Source: the human T2T-CHM13v2.0 reference genome, Homo sapiens. Taken from it: DNA of 64,000 nt. The notes under the pieces were generated by a model. It saw nothing but the letters and a program-made list of their open reading frames with translations, was not told the origin of the DNA and ran no database searches. Positions 41,351 to 56,445 of this stretch are shown here, one piece after another. Every line of letters begins with the position of its first letter. The stretch's first letter is position 1. The DNA lies in assembly GCF_009914755.1 (NCBI RefSeq), contig NC_060929.1; one strand, written 5' to 3'. The position numbers and the translations under genes are program-made.

Positions 41351-43564
41351 GAAATGGATGGGGATTTAAACTAGGGCCTGATTATGGGAAGAAGAAAACC
41401 AGAATCCTCTTTAAATATTTTCTGAAACCCTTAAAATAAGGCACTTGAGTTGTTCAAACATAGGACTTTCTAAGTATTTGGATTAACACGGATTAATCAG
41501 TTAGCTCTTTCTCAGCTTAGACTAAATTCCTGTTATCAAATAGACAGAAACCAGATTAGGAGGGCCCTAAATCAAGTGATTAAAACATTATTTTTACTCA
41601 AAAGAAAATTCCATTCTTCATTCTCAGGAGTTGAAGTTTGGCTCCATTAAAACAGTTTCAAGCTTCACCTAAATCAGCCTGACAGCATTGCATAAAAACT
41701 ATTCGGCCATTCTTAAATTCAAATTTCCCCACCGAGGATCCTTCCCGCCCCCGACCCGCCCAGCAATTTCTCTTCATCTGAACTTTGATGGTGCTTATGT
41801 TAGCTAAAACATAATTAAGTGCTAACAATTACAACACTTTTGGGTAAGAATTCCTGGGAACTGGTGCTTTCTATCCTGAGACAAAGAAGGGTCTCCGTTA
41901 GCTAAGGACTGAGTTCACCGTCTGTTACCACTGAAATCCAATAGGGCCTCAGGGAGTTGCCACACATGTTTGTTATACAGGCTGAGTTCAGCACAGCAAC
42001 CTTCTGGTACTTTCATTCATTTGATAAGTGGAATATACTTGGTATGTTCTAATGGTCTCAGACATCCTAGCATGATGAGCTGAGAGATTTTTATCAAGTG
42101 TAAAATAGCTTTTGGAGGTTTGTGAAAAGCAGAGGATCCTTATAAACAATCAGATTTCAGAAGAAATTGTTATAAAATGTGGTAGATTGTAACTGTATTT
42201 TAAAGCATTTTTCTACTCACTTCATTAATATCCATCCATTTTTCAATTCCAGAATTAAGCTTTTATAATCTGTGTCATTTTGTACTAAGAAGTAGAGAAG
42301 TGGAAGAAACTCCAAAGATGGTACTAACTCTATTTTTAACTTGCCAGTGACTTTTTCTTGAAAACCCAATTACTTACGCACTCAATTTTTTTTTTCTTTT
42401 TAGTTCCCATTTACTGAAAAGGACATTATAATCATTCAGATTATCTTGATCACACAGTACTTTAACTTCCTTGGAAGAAAATCCCTATCAATATAAAGTT
42501 TTAGGTTTAATTATAGTATAGTTCATGTTTTTAGTCTTCACAGAGAACCATTAAAATAGTTGTCGTTTTAAGAAATTAGAGTAAAATATAAAATTTCTTC
42601 CATTTTCTTTCTCATTTTGATGATTGAAAACCACTCTCGAAATTCCCCCACTATCCTCACCCCACAAACGTCTCTCCCCTATTGAAATGCTAACCATCCC
42701 ACAAAACATTTCCCTACAAAACTTTCTGGATTGCCCCCAACCAGATGTGATCTCACCCTTCCTTGAACCCCATGGTACTTGTTACTTTTCTTATGGCACT
42801 TCTCTTAACACTGTTGCCATATTGCCTATTCCTTACAATAAGACCTTCTTGAAAGCTGGGGCAGAGTCGCAGCCATCTTTTGCTTCATTTGCCTAGTACT
42901 TTGTAAATATTTAGTATGCATAAAGTACGTGTTTAGCCAACTTGATCTTTTAGGTTTTGGGGTGAGGAGCTATATGAACCATTTAAAATATGGTAATCGT
43001 CTTGAAATATTTCAAACTCTTAATGATATGCATCAAAATTTTTGTTTGTTTTTCATTACCTTGTCAACCATGGCATGATACACAATACTTCTCCCCGGAA
43101 GAACCCATTCATTTCTGATGTTCCCAGCTACTGCTTATAAACCAGTTACTTCCAAATCTTTAATTTTGGCCTCTAACAGCTGCCTTGCAACTACCTATTG
43201 AATAAATGTATCAGAGAAAAGTTAATTTGCATTCATATTTATTCATCTTGAAGAGAAATATTAATGAAATGTGTACACACACAACATTAGGACATTTTTT
43301 CTAGAAAAAGTTCTAGACTTTCTAAAAGAAATGAGTTGATTAACAGATAATAAGCCTAAAATAGAATTGAGAAAACTAGAATTTAGCTCTGTCTGTCACA
43401 GCTCTTTTTCTAAGACCCTCTATGAGCTATTTAATTGTCTACAAACCACCTCTTCAAAATAGGAATTGTTGTCCTCTCTTCTGCTTTACAGCACTGTGAG
43501 GCTGAAATGATACAGAGTGTGCAGTAGCACGTCAGAGACTGTACAGTACTGGGTAAAACAAAAG

Positions 43565-43762
43565 GTGAGTGGTTAAGGGCACAGGCCCTGGGATCAAACT
43601 TCCTGGTTTGAATCATGAGACTGCCCCTTGCTCCCTGTGAGTGCCTGTCCCTGAGACCTCATCTGTAAAATGGGAAGCTAACAGAACATGTCTCGATCTC
43701 TTTGGAGGAGCAAATGAGAAAATCATTTTTCAATGGAACTTGGCAGTATGTCTATTATTACT
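43565..43762 (+). mobile_element. MIR SINE
   Basis: 'gtggttaagggcacaggccctgggatcaaacttcctggtttgaatc...cctcatctgtaaaatggg'. Confidence 0.7.
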
Positions 43763-45917
43763 CTAACACTGTGGTTTCAATAATGAATTTGTTAAGATCT
43801 TTTAATTTCTCGAAGAACTTTAAGCTATATCACATGGTTCAGGCAAACAATATATCCATTTCCTGGAAGGAAATAAATGCTTAAACACTTTATAGAAAAG
43901 GCTTTGTCTGTGTGTATTTAGCTGTTACAATCTCTTCAAATAATGTTAAATGTGAAAAAGATACAACTATCCACAATACTCAAACGTAATACATGGCATT
44001 CATAAACAAATATGATTTCCAGCACCATGAGTGGAACTTGACTTTCAACCTATTTCTATATTTCAGTTTATAAAACAACTATCCTCTAGATCCCCAATCC
44101 ATTGATTTCAAGGAGAGTTTAACTTTTTTATCGCATGTTAATTGTTCAGCCCCTGTGTACATCCACCGAGAGAGAGAAGCCTGGATGTATAATGCAAAGC
44201 GCTGTACATTTTTGGTTAGCAAACTCCAGAACAAAAAAAATCTCTGGTAGCCTATTTTGACAATTCTTATAATTTGCGGTGATGTTTTCATTACAGTGTG
44301 TCACACAGGAAGCCACAAAAGGATTAGATATAGACCAATTCATCCACATTTCTTCCAGCCAGTAATCACATTGCTGCCCGCCAATGTTCTTAACTTCCTT
44401 AGTGCCAACTCTTCCATTTACCATATAGAATTTCCCCTAAATTTGTTAAGAAATAGACGCACCACATAGGCAAAAATGCCATTATCTGCATTTTATTAAG
44501 CTCTGTGATTTGATCTTTCAGAAGTATCTGAGCCCACAACAAGATGAATGTCGGGTCTGACAAAAACATGCCAGTGGGATTTTGAAAACCACAGAGAGAT
44601 TCTATAGGAAATATTAGGAAAGAAGAGGGCAAGAAAAAGGTGACCTGGGGAAAAAAGATAGATTCTATAAAATTGGATCCATGCTACGCCTTCCTTATGG
44701 CCTTACAGAGTATATGTTGAAAATCCAGAAATCATGTGCACTTTATCCAAACCTGAATTAAAAAAAAAAAACTATAGCTTTATTGGACTAATAAAAACCA
44801 GGTAATATGATTGCTGACACAATGGAAAGGTCACATTGGAAACTTTATATTTTACATTTTTCTTCCTTTAGTTCCTGAATTACTTTTTTATAGGTATGGA
44901 GGTACCCAATACTCTTTATGGTAACAAAACCATTTTAAAACTTTGAGTCTTTTCACCAATTAAAGAAGCTATTTGCAACATTTCCTTTATTAAGAATATT
45001 TTATTTCAGTAATTTTATGTGATGCTATGAAGCATTTGACAGGGTTGAAATTTTTTTTCTTAAAATTTTCCTTTCTTGACATTCAAAATGAGTCTCCTGG
45101 TTCAAGACCAGATTCCCTGGATATTATTCCACCATTTCCATCCCAGGTTTCGCTTCCTCCACATGCCCTTTAATGAAAAATTTTGTTTTACCCTCTTCTT
45201 GCTCTATACTCTGAGTAATCTCATTCACTTCCATAGCTTTAGCTATCACCTCTAAAATGCTGCTTTCTAGCCCTAACCTCTGTTCTGAACCTCAGATTCA
45301 AATTTTTAACTGCTGAACATACATTCATCTACAAAGACGCTACATCATTCATTAATTCAGCTGTCAATTTAACATATGCATTCATTAATTCAGCTGTCAA
45401 TTTTATTAACATACACATATGTGTATAATATATTATCTTTATTTTCATATTATCTTTCATTAATAAAATTATATATGCATAATATATGCATATAATTTAA
45501 AATATAACAACACATATATAGAAATGCATAGTAACATAAATACTGCTTTTTCCCCCTCACATGCTGGTTTTTTTACAACTATATCCTACTGTCTTGCAAA
45601 CAACAGGCTTCTATAATTGCATATTTTGTTCTCGTTGCTTTCCACAGCACTTTTTGCATAACTTTACCATAATATTTTTATACAGTGAAGCAATTATTCA
45701 CCTACCTGCCTGTGTCCCCCATTACAAAGATCATTTTAAGTGCAATGAGCATTTTTAAAAATTAATCTTGCATCACTACCATTCAGAAGAGTGCCTAGCA
45801 CAAAGGAAAAATTCAATCAATGTTGACAAATGGATGAATCAATCATGCAATTCTGATTTTATTATCTTCACCTTTCTCACTGTTACAGTTCTTTAGTTCA
45901 AAAGGTACACAATTATA

Positions 45918-46227
45918 GGCTGGGTGCGGTGGCTTACACCTATAATCCTAGCACTTTGGGAAGTCAAGGCAAGAGGATGACCTGAGGTCATGGGTTCAAG
46001 ACCAGCCTAGCCAACATGGTGAAAACCCCTCTCTACTAAAATTACAAAAATTAGCGAGGCGTGGTGGTGCATGCCTGTAATCCCAGCTACTCAGGAGGCT
46101 GAGGCAGAAGCATCACTTGAACCTGGTAAGTGGAGGTTGCTGTGAGCCGGGATAGTGCCACTGCACTTCAGCCTGGGTGACAGAGTGAGACTCCGTCTCA
46201 TGATAAAAAATAAAAATTTTAAAAAAG
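45918..46227 (+). mobile_element. Full-length AluS (Sx/Sz-like)
   Basis: 'ggctgggtgcggtggcttacacct'...A tail. Perfect 16-bp TSD AAGGTACACAATTATA at 45902-45917 and 46228-46243. Confidence 0.93.
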
Positions 46228-46842
46228 AAGGTACACAATTATAATCTCTCCCACTTGAACTTCATTCATTGTATAATGCACATTTTCCTAAATCTTACAG
46301 TTCAAGTTTTATCCTTAGTAAATTGCTCAGTGTCTTTGGAAGAGTGATGACATTTGTTGTCATATGGTTACCAATGTAATGATAGAGTAGAGAATGGCTG
46401 ATTAATTCTTTGTTTCTGATCAAAGCAGCATAAATATAAGCAGGTCTTTGAGCCCTTCAACAGGCTACAACCTCCGACTAACTCTTTGCATCCAGCCTTC
46501 CAATGTAGATTTGGAATTTACAGATCCTTCTGTTTCTTTTCCTCACCTCATCCAAGAGATTTGTTTCTAGTCTGCTACTTTTGATGCTTCATGTCCTCAA
46601 AATTTCTCCTGTAATCCAATTTCAACACTTAAAATTCAACAATAATCAAATGATGTATTTTTCATTACTATATTACTTGGGTAATGTAGTTTAAACATTT
46701 TTAAGTCAATTTGAGGAAATGTTAATGAATAAAATTACTGGCTGATGGAGAATGAAAACTATCTCTCAATAATTCACATTCTTATGAAAATAATTCCCCC
46801 AATTTTAGCTTTTTCCTTTTAGGTTGTATTTCCCTAGAACTT

Positions 46843-47650
46843 TCATTCACTCAACAAAGATTGAGCAATGGGCGTGTGCTAAACACTCTGATAACGCAGA
46901 AAAGGATATTAAAAAAAAAAAAACCCACCCTCATGAAACTTGCATTCTAGTTGGAAGACAAATAATAAACAAAGTAATTAAGTAAAAAGCAAGTAGTTTA
47001 AACAATCAAAAGCACTAGGCATCAAAATTAAGCAAAAAAGTGGGGAAAGATGAAGGGGCATGCTTACATGTTGGATAGGGTAGCCAAGAAGTCCTCTCTG
47101 GAAATACAACATTTGGGTGAAGATCTGAACAATGTAAGGGAGTAAATGATGCAGATATCTAAAAGAGTATTCTCAACCAAGAGAAAAGCAAGTGCAAAGG
47201 GCCAGAGAAGAACGCCTGGTGTATTCCAGGAAATGCATGGAAGCCAATGAAGCTAGAGCTAAGGGAGACAGGTGGCAGATAATGGGTTTGGAGTGGGATG
47301 GATGGGTGAGGAAAACAGGGGGCATGACAGATTGAGTAGTCTCTTGTTGATTGTGTGAGAGTTTTGGCTTTACTCTGAGAAAGTTGGAAAGCTATCAAAA
47401 GATATTGAGAAAAGGAGAGGCTTTTCCTTATGTTTTAGCAGAAAAAATGTTGATTGCTGCATTGCAAATCAACTATAGAAAGGCAAGGTAGAAGCAGGAA
47501 AACTAGAGGGCATTGAAATAATCCAGGCAAGAGAGGCCAGTGGCTTGGTCTAGAGTAGTAGAGAGGACGTGATGAGAAGCAGTTGGATTAGGGGTATTTT
47601 TTAAGGGTAAAGGCAAATTTTTTTCCCAGATTGGATGCAGTGTATCATAG
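46843..47650 (-). mobile_element. L2a fragment
   Basis: 'tcattcactcaacaaa', 'ccctcatgaaacttgcattctagttgg', 'agcaagtgcaaagggccag', 'tttggctttactctgaga', 'aataatccaggcaagaga'. Confidence 0.8.
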
Positions 47651-48283
47651 TCTAGATATATAAAACCAAAGCCCCCACCCAAACATCTACAATGATATAA
47701 TCAATTTCAAGCAGCATTTTAAAATCTTTCTTAAAGCTCCCACTCATTTCCACAACCAGTCTGTCACAAAATTCAGCCTTTTCCAATTCTGAAATATTTT
47801 CAAATCTTTCCCCTCCTCGCATGCCAACCACTCTACTTAAGGAACCTCATTATTTCTTCCCTGACAATTGCTATAATTTTTTAATGGGCTTTCTGGTTTC
47901 CAGTTTCTCCCATCTCTAACCCATCCTCCTCTAGGCTATCAGAACTGCATTGCCAAAACACAGACCTAACTGTGTCCCTCCTTTGTTTAAAATCTTCATT
48001 AAAGCTGCACTGCTACAGAGCAAGTCCCATAGCCCTACCTCTTCAGCCGCACCACCCAAAAACCCAAACACATCTATTCCACAAATCTTCCACATCCAAG
48101 TATGTGTTTGCCTTTGCTCATTCTGTACCTTCATTTGAATTCACTTTGCTTTAATATCACTGTCTCCCTGACCCATCCACTCAGGCCTGAAAAAAACACT
48201 CTGTTCAATCCATCCCTGTAGCCCCATGACACCATTTATAGGCACAGCAGGACAGCTATGACTCTATATTACGGCTAGAGGTC

Positions 48284-50572
48284 TGATATGGTTTGGCTGT
48301 GTCCCCACCCAAATCACATATTAAATTGTAGTTCCCATAATCCTCATGTGTTGTGGGAGGGACCCAGTGGGAGGTAATTGAATCATGGGGACAGTTTCCC
48401 CCATGCTGTTTTCATGATAGTGAGGGAGTTCTCATGAGATCTGATGGTTTTATAAGGGCCTTTTCCCCATTTTTCTCAGTACTTGTCCTTGCTGCCACCA
48501 TATGAAGAAGGGAGTGTTTGCTTCCCTTTCTGCCATGACTGTAAGTTTCCTGAAGCCTCCCCAGCCATGCTGAACTGTGAGTGCATTTAACCTCTTTCCT
48601 TTATAAATTACCCAGTCTCAGGTACATCTTTATCAGCAGTGTGAGAATGGACTAATACAGTAAATTGGTACCGGTACAGTGGGATGCTGCTATAAGGATA
48701 CCTGAAATGTGGAAGCGACTTTGAAACTGGGTAATAGGCAGAGGTTGGAACAGTATGGAGGGCTCAAAAGAAGACAGGGAAATGTGGGAGAGTTTGGAAC
48801 TTCCTAGAGACTTGGAGGGCTCAGAAGACTTTTTGAATGGCTTTAACCAAAATGCTGATGTGGACAATGAAGTCCAGGCTAAGGTGGTCTCAGACGGAGA
48901 TGAAGAACTTGTTAGGAACTGGAGCAAAGGTGACTTTTGCTATGCAAAAAGACTGGTGTCATTTTGCTCCTGCCCTAGAGATCTGTGGAACTTTGAACTT
49001 GAGAGAGATGATTTAGGATATCTGGCAGCAGAAATTTCTAAGTGGATATCATTCAAGAGGAAGCAGAGCATAAAATTTTGGAAAATTTGCAGCCTGATGA
49101 TGTGACAGAAAAGAAAACCCCATTTTCTGGAGAGAAATTCAAACTGGCTGCAGAAATTTGCATAAGCAATGAGGAGCTGAATGTTAATCACCAAAAAAAT
49201 AGGGGAAAATGTCTCCAGGGCATGTCAGAGACCTTTGTGGCAGCACCTCCCATCATAGGCCCAGAGGCCTAGGAGAGAAAAATGGCTTCCTAAGCTGGGC
49301 CTGTGGCCCCCTTGCTGTGAAGAGCCTAAGGACTTGGTGCCCTGAGTCCTAGCTGCTCCAGCCATGGCTAACAGGGGCCAAGTTACAGCTCAGGCCATTG
49401 CTTCAGAGTGTGCAAGCCCCAAGTGTTTGCAGCTCCCTCCCATGAGCTTGTGGGTGCAAAGAAGTCAAAATTGAGATTTGGGAACCTACCCCTAGATTTC
49501 AGAGGATGTATGGAAATGACTGGATGTCCAGACAGAAGTCTGCTGCAGGGGCAGAGTCCTCATGAAGAACCTCTGGCTAGGGTAGAGCTGGAGGGAAATA
49601 TGGGGTCAGAGTCCCCACACAGAGTCCCAACTGGGGCACTGCCTAGTGGAACTATGAGAAGATGACCACCGTCTTCCAGACTCCAGAATGGTAGATCCAC
49701 CAATGGCTTGCACTGTGAGCCTGGAAAAGCTGCAGGCGCTCAATACCAGCCTAAGAAGCAGTCAGAAATGGGGCTGTAACCTGCAAAGCCGTAGGGGCGG
49801 AGCTGCCCAAGGCTGTGGGATTCCACCTCTTATACCAGTGTGCCCTGGATGTGAGACATGGAGTCAAAAGAGATCATTTTGGAACTTTAAGGTTTCATGA
49901 CTGCCCTATTGGATTTCAGACTTGCATGGGGCCTGTGGCCCCTTTGTTTTGGCCAATTTCTCCCATTTGGAGCAGGTGTATTTCCCCAATGCCTGTAACG
50001 CCATTATATCTAGGAAGTAACTAACTTGCTTTTGATTTAGCAGGCTCATTGGTAGAAGGGACTTGCCTTGTCTCAGATAAGACCTTGGCCTTGGACTTTT
50101 GGTTTAATGCTGGAATAAGTTGAAATTTTAAGGGACTGTTGGAAAGGCATAATTGTATTTTGAAATGAGAGGACATGAGATTTGGGAGGGGCCAGAGATG
50201 GAATAATATGGTTTGGCTGTGTGTCCCCACTTGAATCTCATCTTGAATTATAGTTCCCATAATCCCTGGGAGGGACCTGGTTGGAGGTAATTAAATCATG
50301 GGGGCAGTTTCCCCCACGCTATTCTCATGATAGTGAGTGAGTTCTCATGAGATCTGATGGTTTTAGAAGGGGCTTTTTCCCCTTTTGCTTAGCACTTCTC
50401 CTTGCTGCCGTCATGTGAATAAGGTTGTGTTTGTTTCCCCTTCTGCCATGATTGTAAGTTTCCTGAGATCTCACCAGCCATGCTGAACTGTGTATCAATT
50501 GAACCTCTTTCCTTTATAAATTACCTAGTCTCATTTATGTTTTTATGAGCAGTGTGAGAACAGACTAATACA
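48284..50572 (+). mobile_element. Two-LTR MaLR provirus (THE1D-like): 5' LTR 48284-48659, internal 48660-50203, 3' LTR 50204-50572
   Basis: Direct-repeat LTRs 't(g/a)atatggtttggctgtgt..cccac...gactaataca'. THE1-int sequence with a broken ORF (ORF track 48755-49105). Purine tract before the 3' LTR; 5-bp TSD AGGTC/TGGTC. Confidence 0.93.
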
Positions 50573-51454
50573 TGGTCTGACCGTCTCCCATTCTATTCAC
50601 TGTAGATAATGCCTAGTACATAAAAGATGCTTCAACAAATATGACAGAGTCAAAACCTATGGTAAATAAAAATATGTGTCTTATGCTTTTCCAAGCTTCC
50701 TTTGTCCTGGGCTTACACTAAGGCAGCCCAATGACTACCCCTTTCAAATTATATTATAGCAATATCTACCTATAAAGATCTACACCAGTCATACAGAGGG
50801 ATGCTCCCCAGGAAGGAGCCTAAAAGTGTCTAAGCAAATAGCTTTCTCTCATTCCTCACCATTTGTGATAATCTGAATCGTTTGTCAGTGTTAAACAAAT
50901 TACTTCATGAACTCTCTTCTCTAGACTGCCTCCACATTCTTATTCCTTTTAGTCTAGTGGTTATTTTTCTGCCTTCTTCACTAATTCCTATTTTTCTCTT
51001 AACATGCAAATCCTCATACACTGTCATCATACTTTTAATCTGCCATTATTATTGGTTTCTTTGCAGATGTTAATGACTCATAAACCTAAAGCTATACCCT
51101 GACCTTTCACCTAATCTCCCATCTTGCATTTCCAGATTCCTATATTGCTCAGATGCCAAACAACATTCACTGCATCTTCATTACCCACTTCAGGTCTTCT
51201 CTCCAATTATCCCTTTTTGTCTGAGGTAATTACTATTCTAATTTCTCAGCTTAAAATATTGAGGTTATCTTTGTATCTTTCTTTTAATTCATGCTTTACA
51301 TCTAAATTAATAAGTATTTTTCCAAAATTCTTTGTGTTCTTTATTGTATCAACTCTGGACTCAGCTGTCATTATTTTATCTGGGCAAGAGCAGCTCAACT
51401 GGCCCTATTCACTCCAGAATCTTCCTTTTCTTCCTCCTCTTGCCTATGCCTGAA

Positions 51455-51853
51455 AGACTAATTAGGGAAATAATGCAAGCTGTTGTCTGCAGGTTAATCC
51501 TAAAATCACAGTGGCTTAACACACCCACACACACTCAGGTTACACTTCAATACAGATGTCTCTAGTCATGCAATCTCCATTCAGGAATTCAAGATCTTTC
51601 TACCTTGGGGCTCCACCTACCTCTAGGTCTTCAGAAAGCCTCCATTCAGCCATCAGGTAGGGAGGACATGCCCTCTTCTTAACCACTTTGGCAGCGAGAT
51701 GACACACTTACATCACTTCCGCCCACTTTCACTGGCCAAAACCCAATCACATAGCCTCACATAACCAAGAGAAAGACTGGAAAATTAGTCTAGTCATGTT
51801 CTCAGGAAGAGCAGAAAATGAATATTAGTAAATGCAAAGCAGTCTCTGCTACA
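51455..51853 (-). mobile_element. Old MLT1 (J/K-like) LTR
   Basis: 'cctaaaatcacagtggcttaacac', 'catcacttccgcccactttcactggccaaaacc..tcacatagcc', 'actggaaaattagtcta'. Confidence 0.65.
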
Positions 51854-52061
51854 TTCATCTTTCTAAATCAGGACTCACACCCTTTCCCAAGGACAAAGTT
51901 TTAAAAGAATGAAGTCCAAGTCCCAGCCTCAATGTCAAGGCCTTCATAATATGAAGCCACTGGTGTTTGGGAGGAGGATAAATTGCCTGGAGTCCTACTC
52001 CGTTATGCAGTGAAGAGAGATGACTTTTCTATCTATTTTTAGATTGGACACTGAAGAATGA

Positions 52062-52507
52062 TGTGTTAGTCCATTTGTACTGCTATAAAGGAATACCTGA
52101 GGCTGGATAACTTATAAAGAAAAGAGATTTGTTTGGCTTATGGTTCTGCAGGCTATACACAAAGCATGGCACTGACATCTGCTTCTAGTGGGGACCTCAG
52201 GACACTTATAATCATGGTGGAAGGTGAAGGGGAGCCAGTATGTGTCACGTGGCAAGAGAGGGTGTGAGCAAGAAAGAGAGCGAGAGAGAGAGAGAGGCTC
52301 TTTTAAACAACCAGATCCCATATGATCTCATAGAGTAAGAACTCACTCATTACTACAAGGACAGCGCCCAGCCATTCATGAGGGACCTGCTCCTATAACC
52401 CAAACACCTGTCACCAGGCCCCACCTCCAACATTGGGGATGACACTGCAACATGAGGGAATGATGTGAGGGGACATTTGAAGGGAATGAAACATCCTAAC
52501 CATATCA
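52062..52507 (-). mobile_element. MaLR solo LTR (MSTB-like)
   Basis: 'tgtgttagtccatttg..tgctataaaggaatacctgaggctgg'...'accatatca'. Perfect 5-bp TSD AATGA (52057-52061, 52508-52512). Confidence 0.92.
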
Positions 52508-53796
52508 AATGATAAGTCTTTCCAATTTTAAGAGATTATTAAACTAACGAAAGCAGCTATACTACTACCCGAGTCAATGGCAATGTAGATATTTTCACTT
52601 AACATCATGGAAACTTGAAAAAAAAAAAAAACAGCTCTGTGAAATGCTGCTAAAAAAAAAAAGACACACAGCAGTCCGTTGACTATTACCTGTGGCCAAT
52701 TAACCAGACCACTTCATTTCCAAGCTCATCATTGTGGCAGTCTTGACACTCAGTAACATTAAATGAGACCAACTGCTGCCACATCAGCCACGCATGCCTG
52801 TTAACTACACTCTGTAAGATAACAGATGCAATCAGGTTAGCAAAGTCAGTTTTATTATTTCCATTCAACTAGTTAATATAAGGAATATTATTGAAGAATT
52901 TTAAGACTAGATGAATCCTACTCAGACAGACTTCATGAGACTACTTTTCCTTTTATAGAAGAACAAAAGCACAAATTCCAACTACCTGTCACTTATTTAA
53001 AAAGGAAAAAGAGGAATGATACCACTATTAGCCAAAGATACACACTGCAGCAGGAGATGTGCCCCAGCTTGCAGATGCTTCAACTGTCAGTGCTGTCTAC
53101 CTCACCCTACCCTCTCCTTGCAGCATCAACTTTAGAATGCAGCCAATACAATGGAAGTTGAGAGAAGTATTCTGAAAGTTGAGTGACATACAGCCACACA
53201 ATCACTCAATTGAATAACCAGAGTTACAGTTTTTGCAAACCGGAAGGCTGTCACTCAGAGCAACACCTGGCCTTTGCTCATTGGACAGTCCATGCATATA
53301 ATATAATAGCTCCTTCACTTGTTAGTGAGAAAAGAGAAGGTGGTGAAGGCCGCTATTGCCTGAATTCCAAATAGCAGAAATATTTCAGTGTTGAGTTCTG
53401 TGGTTTGCAATACTAGTGGTGTCACAAGTGAAAAGGAAAAGAAAATAATTACAATTACCAAAGAGAAGAAAAACAAATGCATTTCTATTTCTTACCTTTG
53501 TTGATGCATTCTCCATTATTTTTTGGTGGAAGGTGGGGTATAAGAACCAAACTGATTTCCCTAACTACACATCCCAGAAGGAAATGTTACCCTGAACATT
53601 TAGGATGGCAGAGGCCAAGACCTATGTATGTACTGTATATGCATATACGTACCAAATATTTAAAATTAGTCTTGTAAATGCACTGACATTCATTCACAGC
53701 TTGCAGTCATACCCATTGACTAAAGCTCCCCCAAGATTCCAGTAAATGGTACAGTAAAGTACCAAAAACACCAAGTCTAAATCATAAAGAATAAAT

Positions 53797-55370
<1,574 letters not shown>

Positions 55371-55519
55371 GAAGAGTTATCTATAAGCCCAAGACAGTTA
55401 ATAGCTATCAATAGAAGGCTACTATAGTCAAATTACTTGGTATCCAGTCTATCTTGATGTATTATGCAATTCAGAGTGAAGCTGATATTAGCAACCAGAA
55501 AATAGAAGTGCTAATAATA

Positions 55520-55765
55520 ATAACAATAACAATATGTCACATTATATTCTTATTATGTTGTCACGCATTTTGACAAGTATTTTACAGTCATCTCATTTAA
55601 AACTCTCAAAAACCCTAGTAAATAAAGATTTTCCCTTTTTTATAGAAGATATACTGAGGCTCAGGATTCTTGTGATTTCCCTGAGTTAGCACAACTCTTA
55701 AGATGAGAAACTGTCCAAAACAGCTCAACACCACAGTCTGTGCTTATAACCACTACACCATAGTG
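55520..55765 (-). mobile_element. MIR SINE
   Basis: 'tctcatttaaaactctcaaaaaccct...tttttatagaaga..tactgaggctcag...tgtgcttataaccactacac'. Confidence 0.65.
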
Positions 55766-56249
55766 AAGATACCTCACCATGCCGCAGTCTTCGTTATTCT
55801 GAATTTCCACCGTTTAAAGAGCTTTAGTAACTTTGAAGAAAGATCTTATGTAAAAGTCAAGAAGAAATAACAAATGCACAGCTAATGATAAAATGTATTC
55901 AGAATTATAACTATTATAACCAAATATAACTGTTCACCCTCATGAACCATTTTTGACACAGTGTTGAATTCAAAGATATAAAAGTTCAACTCCAGAATTC
56001 TTAAAGAACAATATAGATCTTTACTTATAATTTCTTAAAAATAAAGTATGGGGGTGTCAGGGATAGGGGATACACAGCATTTAACAAAAAAAAATACTTT
56101 CTAAATATTTTATATGATGTATTTCTCTCACCCCCAAATTTACAACTGCCTTTCTCATAATTATCATATCTGGTACTCTGTCCCCTAAACCCCTGGTGAA
56201 TAAAATCATCTGCCTCATTTTTGAAGCAGAATAGCATAGGTAAAATTAA

Positions 56250-56445
56250 AACTCAGGTGCCAAGCTTTGTTACCCAGTCCTACCGTGGGAATCCAACTGC
56301 TTGGGGCGTCAGTTTTCTCACTTATAAAATGCAATAATGATAATATCTCACCCTGAGATTATTGTATGGATTGAACAAATCATTCTGTTTAGGCATTTAG
56401 TACAATGCCTGACACATGGCAGGTGCAAAGTAAGTGTTAGCTATA
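56250..56445 (+). mobile_element. MIR SINE
   Basis: 'tcagttttctcacttataaaatg..ataat...ttgtatggattgaa...gcatttagtacaatgcctgacacat'. Confidence 0.7.

Noticed and set aside
14720-46227. Oppositely oriented Alus as a dsRNA/ADAR substrate
   Set aside because: The nearest inverted pair is over 30 kb apart, too far for efficient pairing.
48755-49900. ORFs in the THE1 internal region
   Set aside because: Frameshifted fragments of the known MaLR internal ORF; no intact reading frame.
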